Below are positions 1-14,468 of a stretch of DNA of 64,000 nucleotides, in pieces; position 1 is the stretch's first letter; the number at the start of each line of letters is the position of its first letter. The DNA is taken from NCBI GenBank assembly GCA_051453625.1, contig JBOZIK010000001.1, positions 2,494,622 to 2,558,621 of the forward strand, given 5' to 3'. Position numbers and translations under genes: made by a program. The stretch is from Welwitschia mirabilis (taxonomy: Eukaryota). The notes beneath the pieces were generated by a model. The model was given only the letters and a program-made list of their open reading frames with translations. It made no database searches and had not been told where the DNA came from.

Positions 1-2855
1 AGCCTCTAACTATATTAGGTTAAAGTATAGAAAATTACTAACAATAACTAACTATTATAGGTCTATATTTCTTTCTTAAAATAAAAACAATTAAGATGTA
101 CTCCTTTCTNNNNNNNNNNNNNNNNNNNNNNNNNNNNNNNNNNNNNNNNNNNNNNNNNNNNNNNNNNNNNNNNNNNNNNNNNNNNNNNNNNNNNNNNNNN
201 NNNNNNNNNGAGAATGGGGATAAAGCCCCATAATAATAAATAATTTAATAGTTGTTAGCTTCATAATCAGCCTTATAGTTTTCTTTAATTTTATCATCGT
301 CTCTTATGTCATGGGGATGACAATGGAGATAATACCTCCATAGAAAAAAGTACTTCATTGGATCCAACCTCCAATCCATGTTGCTATTGTGATAGGTAGG
401 TATAGTGCTGTCATCCACTCTATCATGGGGATGATAGTTAGAATGACATCCTTCTAAAACGTCTCTAGTAAATAAAATTAGGCTTTTTCATCATTAGTCT
501 TCCTTTAACATGCTAAGTACCAGAACATGCCTAAAATACCTTCTGTTATATCAAAAATTATGTGTTTTTGTGATCATCNNNNNNNNNNNNNNNNNNNNNN
601 NNNNNNNNNNNNNNNNNNNNNNNNNNNNNNNNNNNNNNNNNNNNNNNNNNNNNNNNNNNNNNNNNNNNNNNNNNNNNNATGCTAAGTACCAGAACATGCC
701 TAAAATACCTTCTGTTATATCAAAAATTATGTGTTTTTGTGATCATCGTATCGACTATCCATAATTAGTAGAATTGCATCTAAGCCTATATAAATGTCTT
801 GCAAAAGTACTTCAAATACACCATTAAATTCCTATAAATTAGCATCACAATACTTATCCTATGAAGAATGTTTTTCCATTCCTCTCACTTATGCTTTCAT
901 GTAAAACTCAAAATACCATTCTTTCTTCTAACACTAATTCCACATTATCTTATACCTTTTAAAAACATGATTTGGGGTTTCTTGAATCTTAAATTTCAGT
1001 AAAGATTATCTTCTCGATGTAAACTTGTATCTTAAGTTAAATTATAGGGAACTTTTTAGTCTTATTAACGATGCCTTAATCGATCATTCTAAGAAGCCTC
1101 TTAATATATCTTGGATTCATTATTTGATTAGTATTATTCATGAATCACAGAATGAAAATCATGCTTATAATATGTTGTAGCAAATTAATAAGGTATTACT
1201 TTTCAATTAAATATGTCAATTATTCGTCTCTTATTTAAATTATGAAAATTGTGGCATTAAGTTGTTATCAATATATTTCTTGTACTATCAACTAATTTTA
1301 TTCAAAAATGATCATATGTCTTTCATATTTCATCAATTGGTTTTTATATGATATGGTCCTTATTTTACTTAACAAGTATAATTTAATGAATATGTTGGAA
1401 TAACTATCTTTTGGCATAATAAAAAACGTAAAGAAAAGGAACAATGGCTTGTACCATTATTCTACTTAAAGCAATTGATTTGGTAAATCCTATTTTCTTG
1501 AAGAGATTTCTACCACTTACTTTATACAAATGTTATTATTTAAATTATCTCTTTTTTTCACATTTATTAACTTGAAGTATGTTCATGCTTTTTCAACCTA
1601 TGAATTATGAATTAGATTTTAGCAAATTAATAGGTATTTATGAACCTATGAACTCTTATTCCATAAGATTAAAATATTCTTAACTAAGTTGTTCATATTG
1701 TATTATTTATCTCTTTATTAGCTTTAATGTTTTAACTTATTATTACTTTAATATACATATAAGTTATATTCCATTAAAAAAATAAAGAGAGAAAAAAAAA
1801 AGAAAAATTCTTAAATAAAAATATGAGTCAAAATAAGAATATCAATATGAACTCTAGAAGCAGTTTTTATGATCACTTCTAATCTATCTCAGGGTATACC
1901 ACATCAAGGGACAAGCTACTTAATAGCCTATGTTCTATCTCATGAATCCTACTTCTTATGACAAAAGCAAGGTAATGATTTAGAAATGAGAACTCCATAA
2001 TGAAAGGAATCCAAGATAAAAGAAGGCATACCTTGAAGTATATCATTATTGTCACATTATCAAAAGTATTATTAATATGTAGCCATCTTTTTAAGTTGAC
2101 ATTTTGTGATCATGGTGATATGTTAATTTCAATTATTATATTGTCATGTTCATCCACATTATTTGGACAAAATGATGATATCTTACTAATTTTGAATCAT
2201 CCATTTTTACTTGAAAATAAGACAACATTGATAAGTAATCAACTTTAAATGGGATGCATTCTATTCTAATGTGTTTCTTTTTTCCCTTAAGTTAGAACAT
2301 TTAAAAGTTATTAATGTATTTTTATGCATTATTTATAGGATTATACCATTTTATTTATCAAAGAAACCTACATTGTTATTTTTCATTTTGATAATGCCTA
2401 TACCTCTATCTCACTGTCATGCTACTCTGAAGATTTCTTACTCATATTTATGATGCTTGATGTGATCTTTTTGTAATCCATGTATCAAGTTACTAATTTA
2501 ATTTTTTAAATATTAATTTACTTAAAAATTTTAAACAAATTTATCTTTCCCAAAAGGTTTAAAACTTTGGAATCTTTAATGATTAAATCTAACTGGAATA
2601 AATTTATATTGTGAAATGTGAAACTATCTATTTCATGAAACTCAAATCATAGTTTTAAGTTCAATGGATATATTTATGTTATAGTTAAATGGAATATTTT
2701 CTTAATGTAATAGAATAAGATGTAGTTTATATTTAACAATGTAATTAGCTTTCATACTTGAATGTTATGCTTTATTACTTTTTTAATTTGACTTGCTTTT
2801 ATTCTCTTTCAATTTATTTATTAGGAACTAACAAAGGCTTAGTGGAGGCATATTT

Positions 2856-3337
2856 TGTGTAGCCTAATTATTCATATTTGATGGTGGAATATGTTTTTTT
2901 TGTAATTTTAATACGCTTAATAGTTAAACAAACCAATTTATAATATCAAGGGTAAAAAAAAAGGATTAGGTAAAATTTACTATTAAAATGGATAGTTTTC
3001 AGAGCTTTTCTAAAAAGTCATCCACATGGCCATCCCAGGAAAACTAAGAAGAAAGTGCTGATGTGATAAAACATTACTAGATGATTATGAACAGTTTCAA
3101 TGATAGTAACCTGATCATTTGAATCAGGAAAAGATAATAACACATCTTAAGAAAAAAGACAACAAATCATCTTAAGGAAAAGAATAATAAAACATCTTAA
3201 AGAAAAAGATGATAAAGCATCTTAAGGAAAAAGATGATAAAACCTTTTGAGGGAAAATATGATAAAGCATCTTGAGAAGAAAGATGATGAATATCTTATG
3301 GCCATCTTACTATCAAATTTAAACCTATAAATACCAC
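2856..3337 (+). mobile_element. Left part of an old Athila-like 3' LTR, interrupted by the element at 3338-15673; probably resumes at ~15679-16150
   Basis: Preceded by the Athila-type 3' end/PPT motif ttaggaactaacaaaggcttagtggagg (2821-2848), which resembles the motif before the LTR at 14469. The TATA-like ctataaatacc at 3325-3335 reads on into cccttggg after 15678. Boundaries approximate. Confidence 0.45.
3127..3299. repeat. ~7 tandem copies of a 25-bp unit (consensus GGAAAAAGATGATAAAGCATCTTAA)
   Basis: Directly visible repeats; each unit contains the inverted repeat AAGATG-N6-CATCTT. Confidence 0.85.
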
Positions 3338-4670
3338 TGTTAACATGTAAAGACTGACATTTATATCAAGTGTTTTAGGCTAATTTATTATAGGAAAAGA
3401 TATTAATTGAATTATTTTAATCATAAAATATGTTTTCTATTTCTTTTAAAATTAAATTTAATATTGTATTTTTCTCCATAATAATTGCAATTCTTTTGCC
3501 ATGTTTTAGAGCACATGATGGAATATGGATACAATTCCTCATAAAATAAGAGTAGCAATGAAGACATAAGATAGTAACATGTAGTAGTAGAATTAGAACT
3601 AAAGGCATGTAGAGGATCCACTGGAGACATGTGGTAATAGCATAATTTGGTATAGGAATATACTTTAAATAACATGTGTTAAACTCATATAATAAAGATT
3701 CCACCTAACTCTATATGATGATTTCCACCAAATGCTATAAGAAAACCTTCATCAAATGCTAAATGATAAATATTATACCTAATTCTAGAGGACATAATAT
3801 TATGTACCTAACACTACAAGACAACCTTCACCAAATGCTATAAGACAAAATCTTATCTACTAATACTAAGTGATAAATATTTTACCTAATGTTATTAGTC
3901 AAGAGCTTCTATCTATTTCTCACTCACATCTCTTCCTATGAAAGGGCCTTGAACCCTTCACTATATTCATCATTAACTTGGAGAATTATAGAACCTTATA
4001 GCATTGACTTATGATGGTTTTTTCAAAAACTTTTAGGAAATTGAGCTAGCCTTTAGGGTTGCTAAGAAGTTCTTTCTACTTATTTCTTCCTTTGTTATAA
4101 AGTTGTTTATTTTTGCAATACATAAAGTTATTTTACTTTGATTTCAATTTCTGAGTAAAATTATAATTGAAATTATTAGGTAACTATTTTAACCATTAAA
4201 ATTTATTTTAGTTGAGTAAATTACTTTTAATCATTTAGTCTAATTCTTTTAATTTCATAGATCTTAAGGACTTAAAAGTCCATACTTTCTATTGTTATTT
4301 TAAAACTAAAGTATTAAATGAATTCACCATATCTCATATGGTGGATGTAATTATGCCTCATGACTTGAGTTAAAATCACTTGATGGTTTTAACTATTTTA
4401 TAATAATGCAATTAGATAACATTAGAGTGAAAGATTACTTAGAAATGAATCAATGATATCTTGGAGCTAGTTTGCTTCCCTCCTCTAGCAATATGAAGTT
4501 CAAACTCAACTTCAAAATCATATCTATTACTTTCTTTTCTTAAAATTAATAACTTGAATTAAGCTTACGTTAGTGTAATTATGGATCTAAATCCATGTTA
4601 TTCCTTAGAAAGAAAAATAGCTAAGTGCAAACTTAGTTTAAATCTAGTTCATACTACTACCATGAAAAGA
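3338..4670 (+). repeat. 5' LTR of the Athila-like element
   Basis: Colinear similarity to 14469-15673 over >1.1 kb. Confidence 0.8.
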
Positions 4671-4695
4671 TTTCTTTGTTGTTGTTAGGATTAAC

Positions 4696-7600
4696 CATTA
4701 GAAAAATGCAATAGAGAAATCACAAAATGCAAACATCAACACACTATATTTACACAAAAAACCTCAATGTGGGAAAAACCACAAAAGCAATGTAGATCCC
4801 TCTATTAGAATGAAAAAGGGTAAGGACACAAGCCATCCTCAATAGCCAATCTTGTAACTTTTGACTCTCACATATCTTATGCTATTTCATGCCTTTACTC
4901 TCTTTATATAGATTTTTTAAGGGTAGAAATCCTAACTCTAACTTCTAGAACTTTCTAGATGATTTCATTAGATTTCCCTATTCTCTTTAACATTAAATTA
5001 CAACAAGAAGGGAATTATATAAGAAATATATAAAGTGAAACTACAAAGGAATAAATAAAATTAAGAGATTTAGCTTCACTTCTAGAAATTCTCCCCCTTG
5101 AAGACAAATCTAGCAAGCTTCCAAGCAAACAAGAGAGATGCATCACTTTAAATGCCCTTTGATCACATCACTATAAACTTAAGATTCTCTTTACAAAAGT
5201 TACCTTTGTCCATTATGACTACCTTTGTGAGTGCATCAGCAACATTTGACTTGGTATTAATTTTCTATACATCCACCAAATTATTTTTAATAATCTTTCT
5301 TACAAAATAAAATTATATGTCATTGTGTTTTATTCTTACATGAAATGTTGAATTCGTTTTCAAGTGTATAATACTTTGACTATCATAAAACACATAATGC
5401 TTCTTCTATTTTAACCAAAGAGAACCAAGAAACTCTCACAATAAAATCATTTCTTTACAAGCTCCTATGAGAGCCACATGTTCCATCTCTGAAGTAAATA
5501 AAGTTACTATTGGTTAAAGCAATAATAGCCAGCTAATTGCACCTCCATCAAAAGTAAAAGTATAACTTGTAATTGAACATTTTCTATCCAAATCCCCTAC
5601 AAAATTAGCATCTACAAAGCCTTGTAGTATTAAATCCTCATTGTCAAAACATAGACAATGCATTTATGTACCCTTCAAATATCTAAGAATTCATTCAATA
5701 GCAAGCCAATAATTTCAAGCATAATTACTCATGTATCTACTAACTACTCCAACCACATAAGTAATATTAGGATGAATACATATCATAGCATACATAAGTG
5801 AGCCTATCATTGAGGCATATAGAATATTTATCACCTTTGAAACATCTTCTTTTAAGGTGGAATAGTCCTTTTTAGAAAAATAAAAGTGAGTATTTAGAGG
5901 AGTACTAGCTAAACTGCAACTTCTTCTACTTTTTATCTCTGTAAATGCTCATTTGCAAAATTCTCTTTGCATGTCTTAAATATTTTATTGCAAAATGATT
6001 ACCCATTTCCACGTTCAAGCATTGTATTTCAGCTTCATTATTTCTTGTAATCAACATGTCATCTACAGACAATAATAATGTAACAAATTTTCTTGAGACA
6101 TTTTTAGAAAAATAAACATATGTCAAACTGATTTTTTGGTATAACAATTCCTTCATAAATGTAACAAACTTCTTATACTATTTTCTTAGGTCCTATTTCA
6201 AATCATAAAGACTTTTATTTAAATGACAAATAAAATTAGGGTATTTCTTATTTGTAAACCATTCAAGCTAATGTATATAAATCTCCTCCTCCAAATCACC
6301 ATGTAAAAAAGCAATTTTTATGTTCATCTATTTCAATTTCAAATTCAATTAAGCAACTAAAGAAAGAACCATATGAATGAAAGAATGATTTATCATAAGA
6401 GAAAAAAATCTCTATAAAATTAATAACTAGTTTTTAAGCAATGCCTTTCACCATCAGCCTATTCTTGTAACACTTCTCTTTATTTTCTTCATTCTTCAAC
6501 CTAAAAATCCACCTATTATGTAGGGATTTATGCCCCTTAGGTAAGTCCACCAAATTCAATGTATTATTCTATTTTAAGAATTTCCACTCATCCTTCATAA
6601 CTATCTTCCACTTGATAACATCAGCATAAGAGTGAGCTTCCCTAACTATTTTAGGTTCTCTATAATCACTGTAAAGAACATAATTTAATAAAGAAGAATA
6701 CCTATTAGGTGGATATGAAAATCTAGTATATCTCCTTACCTAATGAGACATATCCATAGGTTATTCCTCCTATACCTATTCTTCATCTAAAGACATTTTA
6801 TTATTGTCTAAAATTCTAGTTTTAGAAGCCTTCTCTTCTTGCTTTTCTTCTTGGTCTTCATTTGATTCATGCTTTACCTTACAAGACTGATGTGAGAGAC
6901 ATGATCATTCTCTATTGGTTCTTATTTTGTAAAATATAAAACATTATGAGTTCTCTAAATTTAACATCTCATGACCTCATAATCTGATTGATCTTAGAAT
7001 CCCATAGTCTATAGCCTAGAACATCCTTTTCATAGCCAACAAATATGCATCATTTAACCATTTCTTGTAGTTTAGTTCTATTTTTTTTTTTTTGAATATG
7101 TATATATGCTTCACATCCAAAAACTCTTAAATGCTAGTAGGAAGCATTTTTACCTTTCCATAGGATTTTTGAAATACCATTGAGAGAGGAATGAGGTGAT
7201 CTATTTCTTAAGTAAGCACCTATCATCATTGCTTCTACCCAAAAAGATTTGGATAAATCTATACCTATAACCATGAATCTAGCTCATTCTAGTAGTGTCC
7301 TATTACATATTTTAACCATCCAATTTTCTTGGGGTGTTCCTAGAGGGATATTAATGTGAGGAATTCCCTTGCTATTACAAAACTCTGCAAAAGCCTTGGA
7401 GGTATACTCTCCTTCATTATCAATAAGTAAAGATTTCAACTGTAAACCTGTTTATGTTTCAACCCTAGAAATAAATATTTTAAATATTCCTAAACTTCAT
7501 CTTTAGATTTTAATATGTAGACCCAAATCTTCCATGTATAATCATTTATAAACATCATAAAATATAAAGAACTACTAAGAGAAATAGAATTCATAGTCCC

Positions 7601-9735
7601 ATAAACATTAGAATAGACTAATTCTAATTTGTTTTCTCTTTCTATTATCTAAGTCCCTATCAAAATTAACTCTTCTAGACTTTTAATTAAATATTCTTTA
7701 TAAAAATCTATGGAAGTATGAGAAAATGTAAAAATAAGAGAACTGCAATACCTTTAAACCAGAGTTGTCAATATGTTCAAGATGTCTATGCTAAACATCA
7801 ACCTTCTCTGTATCTGAAGCTGTAATAACTACACCGTAAGCATTTGCTTCTAATGTATACATGCTACCCTCCTTTGTGTACATGCTACCCTCCTTTCTGC
7901 CTTACAAAATCATCATAATCTCTTTAGTAATTCTTCAACAGCCTCCATCACTTGAAAAATTCAAGTCTATATTATCTAACTATGTGACATAGATCAGCTT
8001 TTTTGTCACCTCTAGAACATGTCAAACATTATTGATGGTAACTTTGGATATTCCTAGTTACTATAAAATAATGCTTCCTATTTCAACAACTCTAAATGAT
8101 TTCCCATTAGTAACATATAGAACACCAGATGAGACAACATAATATGATGTAAAAATAGAAGGATTAGGGCAACTGTAAAAGAAGGTACTTGTTTAATCAA
8201 CCACATGTCCTTGTCATGTTCCTCTATCAAGAAGGCACAAGGTTTAGAAACAAGGAAATTGACATCTTCTTTAGCTTGATTCACCTGAGAAGAGGACTTT
8301 TATTTTTTTCCCTTTTGGTTTTCTCCTTTTGTTTTGCTTTTCATAAATAGTAGTCCTTTTGTCTATGGTTCTATTTCTTATAAAACTAGCATTCCATACT
8401 CTTGGAATGAGACACGCCTCTTCTCTTATATCTTCCCCTACTTTGATCACGTCTTTGGTTCCTGTCTCTATTTTTAGCCATAAAGGTATCTTTAGATGTT
8501 GAAACTTCATTTAACCTACCCTCAGAATCTTGAAGTATAGAAATAAGCTATTCAAAGGTTATAGAAATAATATTCATGGAGTAGTGATTAAAGTTATTCC
8601 TACAGATCATGAATCTTGTAGGAAATCCAAAAAAGCATAGGATTTTACCAAATTTGGAATAACACTTCTATACTTCTCTAACTTAACTAGATTACCCATC
8701 ATCTCATCTAAGTGATCTTACAAACAAACGTCATGTCTTTTTTTCCACTTTTTAAACATTTTTATAAATATGAAAAGTATTTAAACTAGAAGCTTCATCA
8801 AGTATGTTTTTCAAAGTTTACTAGAGATCATGAGATCCATGTTATATTTAATAGATTATAAAATGATATTACTTAGACATGGATCAATGTAGAATAGAGT
8901 CTTAGACTTCATCTTTGTCTAGTTATCATCTTGTATGAAAGTAGATTTCATTGATTTGAGGGCTCCTACACAATCCTTTAGCACCAAGCCATCCCTCATT
9001 AAAAAATACCAAAGATTCTAGTTTCATCCAATGAGCTTTTCTACTATTTGCAACCTCTCCATTATCAACATAAAAAAAATAGGTATGTAGGTGTAGAATG
9101 ATAACTGCCACCAGAAATTGAGGCTCGCATGCTTTACACACTCGAAAAATGCTCTCTTTGCTCATAACCTTCTCACTGCACTTGCAGATATGCTCTTTAT
9201 GTCATTTGCTCATGACCTATTCCACTCTGACTGCTCCACTTAATTCGCTTGATTTGGTTTCTCTGTTCCATAGGCTATTTGCTCACTTTATGAAGGGCCT
9301 CTAAAAGATATTTAAATGGAAATTCCTTCAAACCTTACTCTAATACCAGCTATTAGAAAAATGAAATAGAGCAAAAGAAAAATGCAAACATTAACATACT
9401 AGATTTATGTGGAAAAACCAATGGGGGTAAAAACCATAAAAGTAATGTAGAGATCTCTGTTAGAATGAAAAAGGATAAGGACACAAATCATCCTCAATAG
9501 TCAGTCTTGCAACTCTTGACTCCCATACACCTTATGGCATTTCATGCATCTACTCTCTTTATATAGTTTTTTTTTTAGGGTAGAAATCTAACCCTAAGTT
9601 CTAGAATGTTTTAGATGATGACTTTGCTTCTTTCTTTAATATTAAATTACAATAAGAAGTGGACTATATAAAAATATATAAAGTTAAACTACAAAGTAAT
9701 AAATAAAATCAAGAGATTTGTCTTCACTTCTAATA
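4696..9735 (-). mobile_element. Ty1/Copia LTR retrotransposon, full-length but decayed, nested just downstream of the Athila-like PBS
   Basis: LTRs 4696-5087 and 9351-9735. Reverse-complement tRNA-Met PBS actctaatacca (9337-9348). Reverse-complement PPT attctcccccttg (5088-5100). TSD ttaac (4691-4695) / ataac (9736-9740). RT fragment LLLSVDDMLIT (ORF 5926-6156) and RNase H-like FHVRIKHNDI*FYFVR. Confidence 0.9.
5170..9050 (-). pseudogene. Decayed Copia gag-pol (PR-INT-RT-RH order)
   Basis: Minus-strand motifs for integrase (~7100-7650), RT (~5750-6550) and RNase H (~5200-5620), with many stops. Ends approximate. Confidence 0.8.
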
Positions 9736-10779
9736 ATAACAACATGATAGCATTTCATAGAATCACTACTTCTCTTCTATAAGTTTATACATAGTTTTTA
9801 TCTTTCCAATGCTGGGTATTGGCCTCCTTTCTAGTGATACTCAAACTAGCTCTTTTTTTTCCTTTTTTTTTTTTATGTGTTTCTTTAACATTCTTATAGT
9901 GGTTGGTACTAGTCATTCCAATGAAGCCTAAACTAGTATAGCTTGTTTTAAGTTTGTTTTTTATTATTTTCTAACTTGTTTATGTAGGTTTAACATTTAT
10001 TTGTAGGTTTATTTTGGAGTTATAAGAATTTAAAATATTTTAATTAACAATATGTTATGTTACATGCTCTCCTTTTTTTGATATCTTTTTTTGAATTTTT
10101 CCATATTTCATTTTTGTGTTTTTGCTGCATAAACATTAAAATTCTCTAAAACCTTTTCTTACAATTTTGGTAACATTGCATTTAATTTTATTCATGTTTT
10201 TTATTTTGGTTTTAATTCACTGTGACCTTGTCATCATAATCATTCAATGTGATATTGGCAAACCTTACTATGAAATCTAAACCTATCACTCAAAACTGTA
10301 CCAATGCCATAACCTTCCTTTATTGGTGCTACTATTTCTTTGTTCTAGAACACTCTGAATTTTTTACTAAACCTTCTTTGAAAACCCTAAAATAGAATCA
10401 ACTTATGTGCTTTTGAAATCCTACTCAAAAGTTTTTTTATAATTTACTTGAATCTTGTTCTTATATGCATTAGACTTATGAAAAATTCAAGAGATTAATT
10501 TGTAAAAACATTGATCCTTTCACTTATCATAATAACTAAAGAGACCAAAACTCCACCTCCTAAAACAACCAAACTAACCAACAAACTGCCTCATAATAAC
10601 AATAGTAATAGTAAAACCTGAATGAAAAAAATCGATCTTTAAGATAACTTTAATGGATCTTTGTTTAATTAAGAGATAATAAATAAATTAACAGCCTATT
10701 ATTTTATCCAAGAAAAGGCCAAATGGGAAAATGCTCTCATTATTTTTGCTAACTAACCTAGGCAAACCCTTTGTGATCA

Positions 10780-12860
10780 ATTCCAACTACAAATTCTAGG
10801 AGCACCTTCTTACATAATGCTATCATCCATTAATAAGAGGCTAGAATTAGGCTAGAATTCAAACCCTTCACTATCTAACTTTTACCTTATTTCTATGGAC
10901 TAGAGTTTAAGGACCCATACCTTCACCTTAAAAAATTTAAATGTTTTCTATCAATTGTTTCTTAGTATTATAACATTTATGATGCATCTAGGCTTACCCT
11001 ATTTTCTTTTTTCTTAAAAGAAAAGATGAAATCCTAGTTATACATCCTAAAATCCTTTTTCCTTACTAAGTAAACCTTTCATCTCCAAATTCTATCCCAT
11101 TCATAAGAGAAATGTCCTAAGGAAATAAATCATGAATTTCTAACATAAGAACGATAGAATGTTTTCCCAGATATTAGAATGATTTAAAAACTTATTATTA
11201 AAATCTTTCTAACATGGTTTTGAGTCAGGTATGGAAATAAGTTTATTCTATAATGGGTTGTTCACTAATAACTACCAACTAGTTAAAATGATAATCTAAG
11301 GAAATTTCCTCAGAATGCTCCTAAACAAGGTTTAGAAGTACTTAGAAAGTATAACTAAGAGCTCAAAAATTTGAGGAAAACCTATTGAACCTTTAAGATT
11401 TCATCATCCCATTAGGTTAATAAGTGTTTTTAAGATTCCATAAAATTTTAAGGTAAATAATAAAATAGATGAATTACCAAGAAAATTAAAATTCTTAACC
11501 ACCTTATCTTCACCCTTATCCATGATCATTAATTTTGAACGTTTTATTTGTTACATTAATACCCATGAAACTACTAAATGCCCCTCCATTTCATAATTCT
11601 AAAACATAATTAATGAGTAGTTAAATGTGGTAGGAAACCACTAGAAAATTCCTAAAAATAATCCATACTCAAACACTTACAACCATAGTTAATGAAACCA
11701 TCCTAATTTCTGCTGGAAGTGGAATAATAACCCACAACAAAATTATTAGCCTAAAAATACATTTCTCTCATCTTTCCATCCTTATCCTCCATCATCAAAT
11801 TAATGATTGGATTTATCTAGCCCATTGGAGGAAAACTTCAAAAAGTTTGTGGAATAATAAATAAAAATAAATCAAAGACTTGAATAGAGCTTACAGAAAC
11901 TTCAACAAACTACCACCCACATCTTTTCATAATTAAACCAAAGAAAAGTAGTAAAACTCTTCATAAGTGCTTAATCAAATCTAAAGGGAGTTACATTATT
12001 AAAGAAGAATCAAATTATTTAGAACAAATCAAAATAATTTACTTTATAAGTGCACATAAATTAACTAAGGATTATCACAAAGTAAATCTAAAGAAGAGGG
12101 GAAAGTAAAAGAAAAAGACAAAACTTCTTATCAAGGACCTTCACCTTTCCCCTAAACTTTGAATAAAGAAAAGGCAATAGACTTAGAAGAATCTTTATCC
12201 ACCTACAAAGAGCCTTACTTTTTCCCTAGTACCTTTGAAAGGAGAATATTAAGAAACAATAACTTAAGGCCTCAGAAATTTTCAAAGAAGTTAAAATTAA
12301 CTGCCTCTCTTAGAAATGATTAATAAGATACCTTCTTACAAAAACATTTTTAAAGATGTGTGTTATGAAAAGATGGATGAATGTTAAAAGCAAAGCCTTC
12401 TTAGCTCAATAGGATATACAATCATCTAGAACTAGTTGCTACCTAAGTATAAAGATTTAGAATGCTCCACAATAGAAATTGAAATTGGAGATAAAACATT
12501 AAGAAAGCCTTATTACTTTTGGAAGTAAGTATCAACATTTTACTCCATTATATTTATAAGTACCTTAGCTTAAATGATCTAAAATTCATGAAAATCCAAT
12601 TGCAATTAGTAGACAATTCTATGAAGTCCTTCTTAGGAATAGTTGAGGACATAATAGTTTAAGTTAATAACTACTATTTCCCAGTCAATTTCATGGTTTT
12701 ACAGATGGATGTAACAAAAGGTAATTCACTGTTAATCATTTTTGAAAGACCTTTTCTTGCAACTTTAAATCCCTTAATTAATTACAATAATGGTTAAATA
12801 AAAATATTATTTAATAACATAATCTTAAACTTAAAGATTTTTAATGTAATAAAATTACCA
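10780..12860 (+). pseudogene. Decayed Athila-type gag and aspartic protease
   Basis: Manual translation gives FKPFTI*LLPYFYGLEFKDPYLHLKKF (~10858-10940, retrotransposon gag start). Protease-like segments at ~12445-12770: KYKDLECSTIEIEIGDK..ALLLLEVSINIL, then IQLQLVDNSM..LGIVEDIIV*VNNYYFPVNFMVL and IIFERPFLAT. Many stops and frameshifts. Confidence 0.75.
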
Positions 12861-14468
12861 AGTGATCCTGAAGAGGCTAATTGTCTTAATGAAGCTAGTG
12901 AGTTTGAATGTTCTCCTTCTAAGCCAAATATTTCCCATTCTTTACTAACGTTTGATTATCACTTCTCCAACTCTAAATCCAATAGTCATACTTCTTTTAA
13001 GTCTTCTATAATAAGACATCCTAAAACCAAGTTTTTACCTAAGGATGGTTTTCTCATAAACATCTTATTACATCATCATCACTCATTCCATCACCCTTTC
13101 AAATCTTGGCATTTATCAAAGTCATTTTCAAATCACTCTATCAAATACATAAATTATTGTCCAAGCCATCAACCCATGAGTTTCTAAGACTTACTGATCT
13201 ATATTAAAGGCCCTTAAACTAAATCAATAATAAATTATCTTTTTATCACCTAAGAAATGGTTAAGGTCGAGTTTACTTATGCATTTTTAAGAAAGTGTAC
13301 ACTTATTTTGAGTACATTAATTAAGAATACATTTACTTAGGATCTCTGATTTTAGTAAAACCTAGTTAAAAATGTAGAATTTGCCTTTGCATGAATTCCT
13401 TAAGTATAAAAATTTTAATGGAGAAAAGATTTGTTTTAACTAGGCTAATGAGTCATGACCCCTTAAAGTGCATAAAAATGACTATGGAAAGATGAAGAAA
13501 AGAAAATAATATATCTCTTATACAAAAAAAGAGCATAATATTAATCACTTAGCTAGGTTTAATTAATTGCATCAGGGCTATGTATGCCTACTAGTAATGT
13601 ATCTCTAGTGATCTAATTATGACATGTTAAACTATATCAAGACTATAAATGCTCACAAGCATTAATTTCTAAAAATGCAACACGCTTAACTCTATTGGTA
13701 GAAAAATGTTGTAACATTGGATGCTTAATGTAATTCAAAAAGATAGTACGTATGCAAAGGTAAAAATGGAAAATAAAGGAATGAGAAAAGTAGAAATAGA
13801 AGGTTTTATGTGAACTACTATCTCTTAACTTTCATACTTATGATTTTCATTGATTTCTTGAATTCATATAAGTTACTTGGTTACAACTTCATTTTGTTGA
13901 TATCATGATACATTAAAAATATAAGAATATAATAAAGGGATAATAACTTATGATAGTTCTTTCATTTGTTCATTGATTTATGGTTTTGTCCATTTGATCC
14001 ATTTATCATCTCCATTTTACTCCATTTCACTTCATTTCATTACCTTTTTCATGATAAATAACTCCTAAGGCATAAATCATTTTTATTAATGGACCTTGAA
14101 CTTAGCATTATTTTGTTATAGTTAGTTTTTTCTTTCCCTTGGCTTTTAGTTACTTTCTCTTCACTTATTACATGTTTTTAAAATAAACTAACTCTTTGTA
14201 AGTATTTCTAAGACTATGTTTTTAAAATAATTTTAAATGCTTTTCATCAAATAACTTTGAGAACAAAGTTGAATTTTGGTTAGAGAATATAGCATTTAGC
14301 TTTAATGAAAATTTTTTCAATTTTAATGCCTTAACTGTAGAAAAGTGGTCATAAACTTTTTCAAGTTATATCCACTTGATTTCGTTTAACATGGATAATT
14401 TTTTCATGTTTAAACATTCCCTTATCAACTTCTTGCTTAGGCACTAGCAAAAGAATAAATAGAGGGTG

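Noticed and set aside
509..747. Identical ~69-bp sequence on both sides of a 100-N gap
   Set aside because: Typical unmerged contig overlap; assembly artefact rather than a real repeat.
7855..7897. 21-bp tandem duplication inside the Copia pol
   Set aside because: Ordinary post-insertion slippage in a dead element.
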